Shown one piece after another: positions 1-9,410 of a DNA stretch of 64,000 nucleotides; positions within the stretch are counted from its first letter, which is position 1; every line of letters starts with the position of its first letter. The translations under genes and the position numbers were made by a program. Where the stretch lies: positions 321,734-385,733 of the forward strand of contig CP175956.1 of assembly GCA_046116545.1 (NCBI GenBank). The letters run 5' to 3'. This DNA comes from Candidatus Moraniibacteriota bacterium (GTDB lineage: Bacteria > Patescibacteriota > Minisyncoccia > Moranbacterales > GCA-2747515). The notes beneath the pieces are model-generated. The model did not search any database. It was not told the origin of the DNA and saw only the letters and a list, made by a program, of their open reading frames with translations.

Positions 1-500
1 TGATTTAAAGCTTCAAATGCCATTCCTCCAGTAAGAGCTCCATCACCAATAATCGCCACTGCATGTGGTGGATTTTTTCTATCCATATTTGCCCGTTCCA
101 TTCCAATAACTGCACTTATAGATGTCGCACTGTGTCCCACACTAAATGCATCGTATTTACTTTCATCTCTTTTGGGAAAAGGTGACAATCCATCCTTTTG
201 TCGTATAGTACAAAGTTCATCTTTACGCCCAGTCAAAATTTTATGAGGATAAGCTTGATGCCCTACATCCCAAACTAATCTATCACGTGGCGTATCAAAT
301 ACATGATGAAGAGCAACTGACAATTCGACAACTCCCAAATTTGAACCAAAATGTCCTCCAGTCTGAGAAACACTATCAATCAAAAAATCCCTAACCTCAT
401 CACTAAGCTCAGATAATTGACTTATGCTTAATGCACGCACATCTGATGAATTATTTATATCACAAAGTATATTATATTTTTCTTGTTTTTCATTATTCAT
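1..500 (-). CDS. dxs: 1-deoxy-D-xylulose-5-phosphate synthase, N-terminal part (runs off the window start)
   Basis: Not in the ORF track. Manual minus-strand translation from ATG at 500 (alternative 506) gives MNNEKQEKY...[49 protein letters not shown]...GHSATSISA...[16 protein letters not shown], the classic DXS motifs. Confidence 0.96.
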   Translation of the reverse strand, partial: MNNEKQEKYNILCDINNSSDVRALSISQLSELSDEVRDFLIDSVSQTGGHFGSNLGVVELSVALHHVFDTPRDRLVWDVGHQAYPHKILTGRKDELCTIRQKDGLSPFPKRDESKYDAFSVGHSATSISAVIGMERANMDRKNPPHAVAIIGDGALTGGMAFEALN

Positions 501-605
501 ATTCATTAATATTAGCAAAATTATCTAATAAAATCCATAAATGTATGCCTCATTTGCATAAATAAATATCTAAATATTTCATCAATAAATTATATATGAA
601 AATAA

Positions 606-653
606 AAAACTCATATATTTCTGATATTTATATATCAGAAATATATGAGTTTT
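606..653 (-). terminator. Long perfect hairpin, probable intrinsic terminator of the 678-1211 gene
   Basis: 22-bp perfect stem AAAACTCATATATTTCTGATAT / ATATCAGAAATATATGAGTTTT with a 4-nt loop and A/T tracts on both sides. Confidence 0.65.
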
Positions 654-677
654 ATCTTTGTGACTTGTTTTATATTC

Positions 678-1211
678 TTAAATTGAATATATCATGCCAG
701 CCTCTTCTGCATTACGCATCCATTCAGGCGTAACTGTAAGTAATTTACTTTTACCCTTTTTCTTCCCTGTCACACCTGTTATATCCATTTTTATCAACTG
801 ATCCTGTTCAGAAACATGAAACTCTCCGAGTTTCTCAATTTCAATTGTCACCGACTCACGATACTTTTTCTTATTATTTTCATATCCAATATAATCTTTT
901 GGATTTAAAAAAGTAATCCTAAATTGTGTTCCCTTAGGAATGACATATGCTACTCTTTTTACTGCCTCCTTAGGAATTAAACCTCTATTCACTTTGCCAA
1001 TGGCTAAGATACTTGACCAACCATTTTTAAAATCAACTGGTTTATCTACGATGAATCGTTGTCCTTTAGCTACACAATAGCTATCATCACACAGAATGGT
1101 TTCCCCATTTATTGAGTCAATAAACCATGATAATGCAACTCCACCAACTAGACAAATGCAACCTGCTATCATAAATATCTTTACAAACTGCCCTAATGTC
1201 TTTTTTTTCAT
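678..1211 (-). CDS. Hypothetical membrane-anchored protein
   Basis: Likely start MKKKTLG after a GGAG motif; one N-terminal hydrophobic helix. Confidence 0.7.
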   Translation of the reverse strand: MKKKTLGQFVKIFMIAGCICLVGGVALSWFIDSINGETILCDDSYCVAKGQRFIVDKPVDFKNGWSSILAIGKVNRGLIPKEAVKRVAYVIPKGTQFRITFLNPKDYIGYENNKKKYRESVTIEIEKLGEFHVSEQDQLIKMDITGVTGKKKGKSKLLTVTPEWMRNAEEAGMIYSI

Positions 1212-1421
1212 TCTATGCTCTCCATTGTATATTTTTAGAGTAACGACTATCATCACTCTGGATTTATTCAAATATTAAAAAACCATACTATACAATAGCA
1301 TATTATATCCAATTTGTCAAATCTACTGCTTGAATACCTACTTTAAGATTTCATTGTATACGCTATTATATTATACTTTTTCACTTTGACTTTTACTACT
1401 AAATCACATAAAGTAACAGAT

Positions 1422-2648
1422 ATGCATACAGATACTATAAAAAGAGATTACGATATTTTTACACGAGATGAACGACTTGTTTATCTTGATTCTTCGGCTA
1501 CTTCATTAACTCCCAGAGTAGTTACATCTAAGATCTTAGAATACTATAATTCTTATAATGCTAACGTTGCAAGAGGTGCTTACAAATCTAGTGCAAAGGC
1601 AACTGAAGAATTTGAGAACTCTAGACAAGTTGTCGCTAATTTTATTGGTGCTGACTCTGACGAAATTATTTTTACTTCTGGCACAACTGAAAGTCTTAAT
1701 CTAGTTGCTCATGGTTTAACAGATTATTTATCTTTTGGTGATAATATTATAACCACTGAGATGGAACATCATGCAAATTTTTTACCATGGCAGCAACTAG
1801 CTTTACGCTCTGATGCTGATTTTATAGTAACACCCATTACAGATGCCGGACTTCTTGATATTGAAAAACTTTTGAAATTAGTAAATGAAACTACAAAAAT
1901 TTTTGCTTTTACACATGTTTCTAATGTGCTCGGAACTATAAATCCTATCAAAGAAATTATACAAAAGGTACGTGCAAAAAATCCCAATGTTATAATCGTT
2001 ATAGACGCTGCTCAATCAGTTGCTCATTTACCAATTGATGTTGTTGATATTGACTGTGATTTTTTAGCTTTTTCAATGCATAAATTATTTGGACCTACTG
2101 GCGTAGGCGTTCTTTATGGCAAAAAAGATAGATTGGAAAAACTAACGCCTCTCATAACTGGCGGTGAAATGATAGAAGAAGTAACAACAACATGTACAAA
2201 ATTTAGAGAGTTACCTTATAGACTTGAAGCAGGTACTCCTAATATAGCTGGAGTGATTGCATCTGGTGCAGCAATTGAATATGTAACTGATATAGGGCTT
2301 GAAACAATTAGAAATCATGAAAAAGAATTGTTAGTTTATTGTACTAATAAACTGACAACAGAATTTGGTAATGATATAAAAATATTTGGACCTACTGATA
2401 TAAATTTACGTTCTGGTGCAATAAGTTTCACATACAAAAACTATCATCCTCATGACATTGCTTCGATACTAGATGACAAAAAAAATGTAGCCATAAGATC
2501 AGGACAACATTGCGCGATGCCTCTTCACCTAGAAACTTTAAAGGTTTCCGCAACTGCACGAGTAAGTTTTTCAATTTATAACTCAAAAAAAGATATTGAT
2601 AAATTAATTGAAGGACTGCAAGAAGTTGATGATATTTTAAAACACTAA
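1422..2648 (+). CDS. sufS: Cysteine desulfurase SufS
   Basis: YLDSSATS, EHHANFLPW, DAAQS, FSMHKLFGPTG (PLP lysine), EAGTP, RSGQHCA (catalytic Cys). Confidence 0.96.
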   Translation: MHTDTIKRDYDIFTRDERLVYLDSSATSLTPRVVTSKILEYYNSYNANVARGAYKSSAKATEEFENSRQVVANFIGADSDEIIFTSGTTESLNLVAHGLTDYLSFGDNIITTEMEHHANFLPWQQLALRSDADFIVTPITDAGLLDIEKLLKLVNETTKIFAFTHVSNVLGTINPIKEIIQKVRAKNPNVIIVIDAAQSVAHLPIDVVDIDCDFLAFSMHKLFGPTGVGVLYGKKDRLEKLTPLITGGEMIEEVTTTCTKFRELPYRLEAGTPNIAGVIASGAAIEYVTDIGLETIRNHEKELLVYCTNKLTTEFGNDIKIFGPTDINLRSGAISFTYKNYHPHDIASILDDKKNVAIRSGQHCAMPLHLETLKVSATARVSFSIYNSKKDIDKLIEGLQEVDDILKH

Positions 2649-2652
2649 AAAA

Positions 2653-2706
2653 TGTAGTGACACCCCTTGTGGGTGTCATGGACAGGCACAAAGCACTGTC
2701 CCTACA
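2653..2706. repeat. GTAG-type REP doublet between sufS and sufU
   Basis: TGTAG-TGACACCC-CTTGT-GGGTGTCA followed by inverted GACAGGCACAAAGCACTGTCC-CTACA; the second arm recurs at 51934-51962 and 57237-57262. Confidence 0.75.
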
Positions 2707-2716
2707 ATCTAATCAT

Positions 2717-3094
2717 ATGGACCTATACCAAGAAGAAATACTAGAGCACTATCATGAACCACATAACAGTGGTAGACTTGATAATCCCACACATGAACAT
2801 TGTGCAAACAATCCCACATGTGGTGATAAAATCTGTGTAACTATTGATATTATTAATGACCATATTAATGATATCAATTTTACAGGAGACGGCTGTGCAA
2901 TATCACAAGCAGCAACTTCTATGATTACAGATGAAATTAAAGGAAAAGAAATATCCTATGCTCTCAAATTAACTAGAGATGATATAATAGAATTATTAGG
3001 AATCGAAATAGGAATGGGCAGGATAAGATGCGCACTACTAGGAATAGAAACAATTCAAAAAGCAATTGAATTTGGAAAAATCAATAAAGAATAA
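2717..3094 (+). CDS. sufU: SUF system Fe-S scaffold/sulfur-transfer protein SufU
   Basis: MDLYQEEILEHY, NPTCGD, GDGCAISQA, RIRCALL; directly downstream of sufS. Confidence 0.93.
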   Translation: MDLYQEEILEHYHEPHNSGRLDNPTHEHCANNPTCGDKICVTIDIINDHINDINFTGDGCAISQAATSMITDEIKGKEISYALKLTRDDIIELLGIEIGMGRIRCALLGIETIQKAIEFGKINKE

Positions 3095-3110
3095 CTCGCT
3101 ACAAACACCC

Positions 3111-3202
3111 GTCTTTGCGAGGAGGTACGACGAAATATTCTCTATAAGTTTTATATAATCTGTACGAGATTGCCACGTCGACTACCGTCTCCTCGCAATG
3201 AC
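3111..3202. repeat. REP-like doublet, GTCWTTGCGAG family
   Basis: GTCTTTGCGAGGAGGTACGACGAA...GAGATTGCCACGTCG...CTCCTCGCAATGAC; related copies at 6469-6578, 29231-29333 and 58297-58391. Confidence 0.8.
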
Positions 3203-3214
3203 ACTAAAAATATC

Positions 3215-3517
3215 ATGAAAAAAGATAAGAACTTAATAAAAAAACTAGACGCAGTCATTGACCCTGAATTAAACATCCCCATAACAGAAATGGGTCTAAT
3301 TTATGGTGCCGAACAAATTGATACTGAAAATATTAAAATCACTATGACACTCACAACAATAGGATGTCCCCTATACGAAGTGATTCATGATGATATTGTA
3401 CGTGTATTAAAAGAAGATAAAAATATCAAAGAAGTGAAAATAAAGCTAACCTTCGACCCACCATGGTCCCCAGAAATGATGACCGACAGTGCAAAAATGG
3501 AAGTTGGACTTTTGTAA
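3215..3517 (+). CDS. SufT/DUF59 metal-sulfur cluster assembly factor
   Basis: VIDPELNIPITEMGLIY, MTLTTIGCP, LTFDPPWSPEMM. Confidence 0.92.
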   Translation: MKKDKNLIKKLDAVIDPELNIPITEMGLIYGAEQIDTENIKITMTLTTIGCPLYEVIHDDIVRVLKEDKNIKEVKIKLTFDPPWSPEMMTDSAKMEVGLL

Positions 3518-3662
3518 AACTTCGTAGCAACCAGGTCGCTAAGCCTAACGACTTGGTTGCTTTTTAGATTTTTGTAACCAAAAAAATATATCTTTTTTAT
3601 TACAGACTTATTTTACCAAAACAATTTACTGCCTATAAAAAACTACTATATTTTAAAGACAT

Positions 3663-4020
3663 GTCATACCTGCGTAGGCAGGTATCTTATACTCACAGAG
3701 TTTCATATAAATCCTTCCAATAAGGATTCTCTTTTTCTATCAAGTTCACCTTCCATTCCCTTTTCCATTTCTTCAACTGTTTTTCACGCAATAAGGCAGA
3801 ATTAACATCCGTAGTTTGTGCAAAATATACCAATCTGTGCACGAAATATTTTTTTGTAAATCCATCTACAACATTATTTTTATGTTCCCAAACTCTTTTT
3901 TGCAAATTAGAAGTAACTCCAATATACAATATGCCATTTTTCTTACTTGCTAAAATATATACACAATACTGTTTCATATTTATTATCTTACAGAAAGATT
4001 CCTGCCTTCGCAGGAATGAC
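3663..4020. mobile_element. GIY-YIG gene bracketed by inverted 25-nt REP-like palindromes (candidate autonomous element)
   Basis: Left arm GTCATACCTGCGTAGGCAGGTATCT (3663-3687), right arm AGATTCCTGCCTTCGCAGGAATGAC (3996-4020), third copy at 4087-4111. Confidence 0.6.
3693..3977 (-). CDS. Small GIY-YIG nuclease (UPF0213/YhbQ-like)
   Basis: MKQYCVYILAS...GILYIGVTSNLQKRVWEH...FTKKY...ALLREKQLKKWKREWK...NPYWKDL; 94 aa from ATG 3977. Confidence 0.93.
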   Translation of the reverse strand: MKQYCVYILASKKNGILYIGVTSNLQKRVWEHKNNVVDGFTKKYFVHRLVYFAQTTDVNSALLREKQLKKWKREWKVNLIEKENPYWKDLYETL

Positions 4021-4086
4021 AAATCTTAATATTTATCCCTACACAACAATAACCACTTCTAGTAATGAAGCATACTTTGCCCGATT

Positions 4087-4111
4087 GTCATGCCTGCGAA
4101 GGCAGGTATCT
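4087..4111. repeat. REP-like palindrome, GTCAT-CCTGC family
   Basis: GTCATGCCTGCGAAGGCAGGTATCT. Confidence 0.8.
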
Positions 4112-4124
4112 TATATTTGTAAAA

Positions 4125-4580
4125 TTAATTAAAATATTCCTTTAATTTTTCATCAGAATATTCAATTTCACCTTTATTATCAAGTTTTTTTATTTTTTCA
4201 AAATCAGAGGTGATTTTAGAAATTAAAACCTTATTTTTCTTGTTACAATTTGAAATAACAATCTGCTCAGTTTTTCTTCTTATAGTTAAAATTGTGTATC
4301 TCGGTCTTGAACTATAATCCATAATTGTCTTTGTGTTTCTAGAAAATATTTTCTTTTTTAACAACAAAATAGAATTGAAAACAAATGAAGTATTTGAAAC
4401 TGCACTAAAGTAGTCATTGTTTAGCAAGTCAATAACTATTTGAACATCAACAGCACCTGCAACTATTCCATTCGTCCTATTTTTCTCAAAATTCAAATTA
4501 TCTTTTCCAAAAACATCTTCAAATATTTTTATCTCATCCTTATCAATTTTTGGCGTATATATAATATTTAATTTTGACAT
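4125..4580 (-). CDS. Hypothetical protein
   Basis: 151-aa ORF, no recognisable motif. Confidence 0.6.
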   Translation of the reverse strand: MSKLNIIYTPKIDKDEIKIFEDVFGKDNLNFEKNRTNGIVAGAVDVQIVIDLLNNDYFSAVSNTSFVFNSILLLKKKIFSRNTKTIMDYSSRPRYTILTIRRKTEQIVISNCNKKNKVLISKITSDFEKIKKLDNKGEIEYSDEKLKEYFN

Positions 4581-4599
4581 ACTATATTAAATTAATTCA

Positions 4600-5109
4600 T
4601 TAACTAACTTTTGTGTCAAAAGCATTATAGTATTCTTTTATACTAGGTATATTTTTACCAATAATATTTTCTGAAAAATACTTTTTATTTTCTAGTTCTC
4701 TTTCAACACTTTTGTCTATATCCTTCCGTTTGTCCCAAATGGTACTGGCTATTTTTGATGAATCCATTTTCGAATCTTGTAAAAAATATTCATTCATTAA
4801 TACTTGCGAAAAATCACTAATCATGACAACTTCATCTTTCAGAGATGAACAAGACTCTGCAGCAATGTAAATTTTTTCGATAAGTCCTTCATCTGCTTGA
4901 ATATACATTTTTGCATTTATCATTCCTGCGATAAATAATAATTCTGCATCACTATCATATTCATCATCAAATTTAATTTTTACAGTCTTATACACATTTG
5001 TTATATTTTTTGGAATTAAATGAAAATTACCACCCCTCAATACAAATAAAAATATTTTCCAAGCTATAAATATTACTAATATTATAAAAATCCCCCAAAT
5101 AAAATTCAT
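4600..5109 (-). CDS. Hypothetical membrane-anchored protein
   Basis: 169-aa ORF with an N-terminal TM helix. Confidence 0.65.
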   Translation of the reverse strand: MNFIWGIFIILVIFIAWKIFLFVLRGGNFHLIPKNITNVYKTVKIKFDDEYDSDAELLFIAGMINAKMYIQADEGLIEKIYIAAESCSSLKDEVVMISDFSQVLMNEYFLQDSKMDSSKIASTIWDKRKDIDKSVERELENKKYFSENIIGKNIPSIKEYYNAFDTKVS

Positions 5110-5169
5110 AATGTTTTTTAAAAAATAAATTATTTTCTACAATTTGTTTTTACGTGTAATAAAGACTCC

Positions 5170-6363
5170 TTAAGCATCAATCCACTTTCCCTCCTTCTTA
5201 ATAAGTTCAATCAAAGCGTCAATTGCTCCTTCTTCTGGGATGTTGTATTCTATTACTTCTTTGTTTTTGTATAGGCTGATTTTGCCTGGTGCCCCACCAA
5301 CGTAACCAAAGTCTGCGTCTGCCATTTCTCCTGGGCCGTTTACTATGCAACCCATTACGGCGATTCTTAACCCTGTAAGGTGTCCTAGTCTTTCTTTGAT
5401 TTGTTTTGTTACTGTTTCTATGTCAAACAATGTTCGTCCGCATGATGGGCATGATATGAATTCTGCTTTTGTAATTCTTCTTTGAGTTGCTTGTAGTATT
5501 GTGAAACACACTGGTATCTCGTCCTCTGGCGGTTCTGTAAGTGATACTCTAAGTGTGTCTCCTATCCCCTCCATCAATAATGTTCCAATCCCAAGAGTTG
5601 ATTTTGCACGACCATCATCTTGACTACCAGCCTCTGTCACACCTAGGTGAATTGGATAATCCATCTCTTCGGCGTCCATCTTATCAACCAAGATTCTATT
5701 TGCTTCTATCATTATCATCGGATCAGATGATTTGATAGCTACTACTATATTATGATAATCATGTTTTTTGAAAACTCTCAAATACTCCATCACACTCTCT
5801 GCAAGTCCAAGTGGTGTATTGCCATAACGAGCAAGGACTCTACCAGAAAGTGAACCCCAGTTTGTTCCAATTCTAATAGGCTTCCCCGTCTCTTTTAATT
5901 TATCTATAAATGGTATTAAACCTTCTTCTATTCTTTCTAATTCTTTAGCATATTCTTCATCTGTTAGAATTTTGTCGTCATTTGCTCTAGAGTCTAATAA
6001 ATTTCCAGGATTCAGTCGAATTTTATCAGCCTCTTCAAGTGCTGCAAAAGCTGCTTTTTTATCAAAATGAATGTCAGCAACAAGTGGTACTGTGCAATCA
6101 TAATCATTTAACAATTTCTCTTTAATTTCTTTCAATGCCTTTACATGTTTAACTGTCGGAGTTGTTAATCTCACAATCTCACTTCCAGCATCTACGCATC
6201 TCATAATCTGAGCAACTGTCGCATCAATATCAAGTGTATCAGTATTTGTCATAGTCTGTACAACAACTGGATTATCTCCACCAATAGCAATATTACCTAC
6301 TTGTACAACTCTTGTTTTTCTTCTTGGTTTTAATGCTTTGAATTCATCGTAATTGTTTGTCAT
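5170..6363 (-). CDS. ispG: (E)-4-hydroxy-3-methylbut-2-enyl-diphosphate synthase
   Basis: VQTMTNT, PLVADIHF, IRLNPGN, HLGVTEAG, GIGDTLRVSL, ISCPSCGR, VMGCIVNGPGE. Confidence 0.97.
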   Translation of the reverse strand: MTNNYDEFKALKPRRKTRVVQVGNIAIGGDNPVVVQTMTNTDTLDIDATVAQIMRCVDAGSEIVRLTTPTVKHVKALKEIKEKLLNDYDCTVPLVADIHFDKKAAFAALEEADKIRLNPGNLLDSRANDDKILTDEEYAKELERIEEGLIPFIDKLKETGKPIRIGTNWGSLSGRVLARYGNTPLGLAESVMEYLRVFKKHDYHNIVVAIKSSDPMIMIEANRILVDKMDAEEMDYPIHLGVTEAGSQDDGRAKSTLGIGTLLMEGIGDTLRVSLTEPPEDEIPVCFTILQATQRRITKAEFISCPSCGRTLFDIETVTKQIKERLGHLTGLRIAVMGCIVNGPGEMADADFGYVGGAPGKISLYKNKEVIEYNIPEEGAIDALIELIKKEGKWIDA

Positions 6364-6468
6364 ATGTTTTATAACTAAATACTTACATTACTATAAGTTT
6401 ACGAAAGAATAGGCCCATTGTCAAAGCATAAATAATAATTTTTTATCTAAAAGCTTACTTAAAGATAA

Positions 6469-6578
6469 CGTCTTTGCGAGGAGGTACGACGAAGCAATCT
6501 CAAACGTGTATACTAAATATAGACTTACACCGATTGCTTCGCTAATCACATAAAATATCACCACTGCTCACAAAGACG
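6469..6578. repeat. REP-like doublet, GTCWTTGCGAG family
   Basis: CGTCTTTGCGAGGAGGTACGACGAAGCAATCTC...GATTGCTTCG...CTCACAAAGACG. Confidence 0.8.
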
Positions 6579-6670
6579 CTAGCAGTTTCCTGTAAAGTTA
6601 CTTTTCATGAAAATGACAACTATAGTAAAAAAATGATATAATATACCAGTAAAAATATATATTCAAATAA

Positions 6671-7747
6671 ATGCAAAATAACTACATAGTAATAATGGCA
6701 GGTGGAAGTGGGACTCGTCTCTGGCCACTGTCTCGCAAAGAAAATCCAAAACAGTTTCAATGTCTGACAAGTGATGAAGATACTTTAATTCAAGAAACAT
6801 ACAAGAGAGTTTATCCGCTTGCAGATGCTGATAAAATATTTGTTTCTACAACGGCTCAGTATGCTGATTTGGTTAAAGAGCAACTTCCTAACTTACCCGT
6901 TGAAAATATCATCATAGAGCCTTGTGGTCGCGATACAGCGCCTGCTATGGGACTTGTGGCTCATACTATATACAAAAGAGATAAAGATGCTGTGATAACA
7001 ACTACACCGTCTGATCATGCAATTAAAAATCCTGAAAATTATGTTTGTACAGTTCAGACAGCTTTAAAAGTAATTGGAGATTATCCTGAAAGATTTGGAC
7101 TCATAGGAATTAATCCTACTGAGCCTAGCACTGAATTAGGCTACATCCAACTTGGCGATGAATTAAATAAAAAATATAAACATAAAGTATTTGAAGCTAA
7201 TGCATTCAAAGAAAAACCTGATGCTAAAACAGCAAAGGAGTACTTATCACATTGGTCATATTTATGGAATGCTGCTTATTTTGTTTTTAAAGCATCTACA
7301 TTTATCGAAATGATGAAAACTTATACACCTCATATTTTGACTGCACTAGATGAAATGGATGGAAAATCAGAATCTGAACAAAATGATATTTACAAATCAC
7401 TTCCCCGTGAACCTGTTGATACTGTTATTTTAGAAAAACTTTCCAAAGAAGAAAGATTTGTTGTCCCTGCTGATTTGGTTTGGAGTGATGTAGGAAACTG
7501 GAGAACATTACATGAATTTTACCAAAATGGTGATAGTAATGTATCTCGAGGATCTGTCCAAAAAGTTGATACTGAAAATTGTTTAATATTTGGTAAAAAA
7601 TCAAAAACTATTGCAACGATAGGATTGAAAGATATTATTGTCATTGATACTGATGATGCAATACTTATTGCACATAGAGATAAAGTGCATGATGTCAAAA
7701 AGATTATTGAAAAACTCAAAGATGACGATATGGAAGAATTATTATAA
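6671..7747 (+). CDS. manC: Mannose-1-phosphate guanylyltransferase
   Basis: IMAGGSGTRLWPLSR...PKQF, EPCGRDTAPA, PSDH, FKEKP, WSDVGNW. Confidence 0.93.
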   Translation: MQNNYIVIMAGGSGTRLWPLSRKENPKQFQCLTSDEDTLIQETYKRVYPLADADKIFVSTTAQYADLVKEQLPNLPVENIIIEPCGRDTAPAMGLVAHTIYKRDKDAVITTTPSDHAIKNPENYVCTVQTALKVIGDYPERFGLIGINPTEPSTELGYIQLGDELNKKYKHKVFEANAFKEKPDAKTAKEYLSHWSYLWNAAYFVFKASTFIEMMKTYTPHILTALDEMDGKSESEQNDIYKSLPREPVDTVILEKLSKEERFVVPADLVWSDVGNWRTLHEFYQNGDSNVSRGSVQKVDTENCLIFGKKSKTIATIGLKDIIVIDTDDAILIAHRDKVHDVKKIIEKLKDDDMEELL

Positions 7748-7751
7748 AAAT

Positions 7752-7785
7752 AAAAAAACACTTATTTTTAAATAAGTGTTTTTTT
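7752..7785. terminator. Bidirectional terminator between convergent genes
   Basis: AAAAAAACACTTATTTT / AAAATAAGTGTTTTTTT inverted repeat. Confidence 0.7.
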
Positions 7786-7786
7786 A

Positions 7787-8236
7787 TTATGCTTTTTGTA
7801 TAAATGCTACTCCGTAAACATCAATGTCGTCATCACATAACCATCCATACGTAGTTCTAGAATCCATAGATTGTTTTCTTTTTCCATCTTCCTCCCATAT
7901 ATCATAACGTCCCTCAACCCAAAGGCAAGTCTCTTTTTTATCTGTAACTTTTTTAATATAAGCACCATCACATTTACTATGAAAACACTCAAAAGCAATT
8001 ACATCTCCAACATTAAAATCAGATGCTGGAACTACATCTATCAATACATCATGACCAAATCCAAGATGCTCCATAGAATGTCCTTCTACCTGATATGTTT
8101 TTATATTGTCTACGTCATAAACAACCTTACCAGCAATCTCAGCTGATATATCATTTGCACTGACTTCACCGGCAAGTACGCCAAAAGGAAGCATTGTGCT
8201 AAACAAGAATATAATAATAATACTAATGTAATACAT
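7787..8236 (-). CDS. Secreted S24/S26 (signal peptidase I-like) family protein
   Basis: Signal peptide; VEGHSM (Ser), GDVIAF, YIKKV (Lys), SMDSRTTYGW box-E-like motif. Confidence 0.7.
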   Translation of the reverse strand: MYYISIIIIFLFSTMLPFGVLAGEVSANDISAEIAGKVVYDVDNIKTYQVEGHSMEHLGFGHDVLIDVVPASDFNVGDVIAFECFHSKCDGAYIKKVTDKKETCLWVEGRYDIWEEDGKRKQSMDSRTTYGWLCDDDIDVYGVAFIQKA

Positions 8237-8400
8237 AATTCTATAAATTAATATTTATAGTCTAATTGCAATATCTATTTGCAATTAACAAATTACATTA
8301 GCACATTTTTGTTTTTATGTCAATAGCTCATTTTTCCCCCAATTTTGATGCCTCTATTTATAATACAAATAGAATATTAACTATATTTCAAAAATACTCC

Positions 8401-9333
8401 TTAAAAATCTATTTCCAATGTTTCAAGTCGTTTTTTATACTCACTAAACACTTTTGGTCCATGCGGACTTGGTAAAAATACCAGATGTTCATTATTACAC
8501 ATAATTAACGAACCTTCTTTATATGTCTTTGGATTTTTTTTAATTTTGTTATATTGAAGTTTTCTTAACCTTCTTTCAATTAATTTGCTTGAGTAAATTA
8601 TTTCAAAAAACTTCCTAATATTTTTTGTAAAAAAATTATCTGAAGCTGTTAACTCATGTTTTATAGTTGGACATTTGTGATGTGGTTTAAAACTTTTTAT
8701 CCACTTATTTTTTTCACAGAATTCCTCAAAATATCCAGTATCAAAAACTGGAATGATAAATGTATATTCATGTGCAGCAAATATGTCTTGAGTTGGCACT
8801 GTTAGAGATTCTGTAGTTATATGATAATTAAGACAAATTCTATTATTAGTTTTATTTCCATATCTTCTAACTCCTAATATTTGAGTTAATGCTACCATCA
8901 TAAATCTACCTACCCAGATATGTCCGTACTTATATACAATTAAAACATCTAAATCACTATCCTTCTCACAATTATAATAAGATAATCTACCAGTTACACA
9001 AATAGTCCTAACAAATGGACTAATTCGCAAAATAGATACTATTTTTTGTAGTTTTTTCATTTTTATGAAACTAATATATTCCCTACTTCTGCGATAATTA
9101 ATCAAAATATCACGTCCAGCCAAAAAATAAAGTCCATTTTTTTGTGCAATGTATTTTCTAACATGCTTACTGCCCATGGCCTCAATAACACTTGAGAGTT
9201 CCCAAATTTTATTACTATTATCAGAGCTATGCCTTATCAAATATTTCCAAATTTCAAAAGACGTAAGGGGATAATCCAAAACATCATAATAGGTTATTGT
9301 TGCAATTATATTTTTATATAAAATTCTATCCAC
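8401..9333 (-). CDS. Conserved hypothetical protein with Pol-beta-like nucleotidyltransferase motif
   Basis: VTGRLS...DSDLDVLIV (G[GS]..DxD-like); N-terminal YYDVLDYPLT helix-turn-helix-like region. Confidence 0.7.
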   Translation of the reverse strand: MDRILYKNIIATITYYDVLDYPLTSFEIWKYLIRHSSDNSNKIWELSSVIEAMGSKHVRKYIAQKNGLYFLAGRDILINYRRSREYISFIKMKKLQKIVSILRISPFVRTICVTGRLSYYNCEKDSDLDVLIVYKYGHIWVGRFMMVALTQILGVRRYGNKTNNRICLNYHITTESLTVPTQDIFAAHEYTFIIPVFDTGYFEEFCEKNKWIKSFKPHHKCPTIKHELTASDNFFTKNIRKFFEIIYSSKLIERRLRKLQYNKIKKNPKTYKEGSLIMCNNEHLVFLPSPHGPKVFSEYKKRLETLEIDF

Positions 9334-9410
9334 TTTTTTTAAGTAAAAAATAAAATGAGCTTTGCATATTAAATATATGCGAAATACTCATTTTATTTTT
9401 TGTATTTATG

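Noticed and set aside
2657-4022. N-terminal extensions in the ORF track (MTPLVGVMDRHKALSLQ, MPRRLPSPRND, MSFLRRQES)
   Set aside because: These are translations of REP sequence; better starts are 2717, 3215 and 3977. The same applies to the extended starts of mreB, the ftsQ-like gene and the DUF2726 gene.
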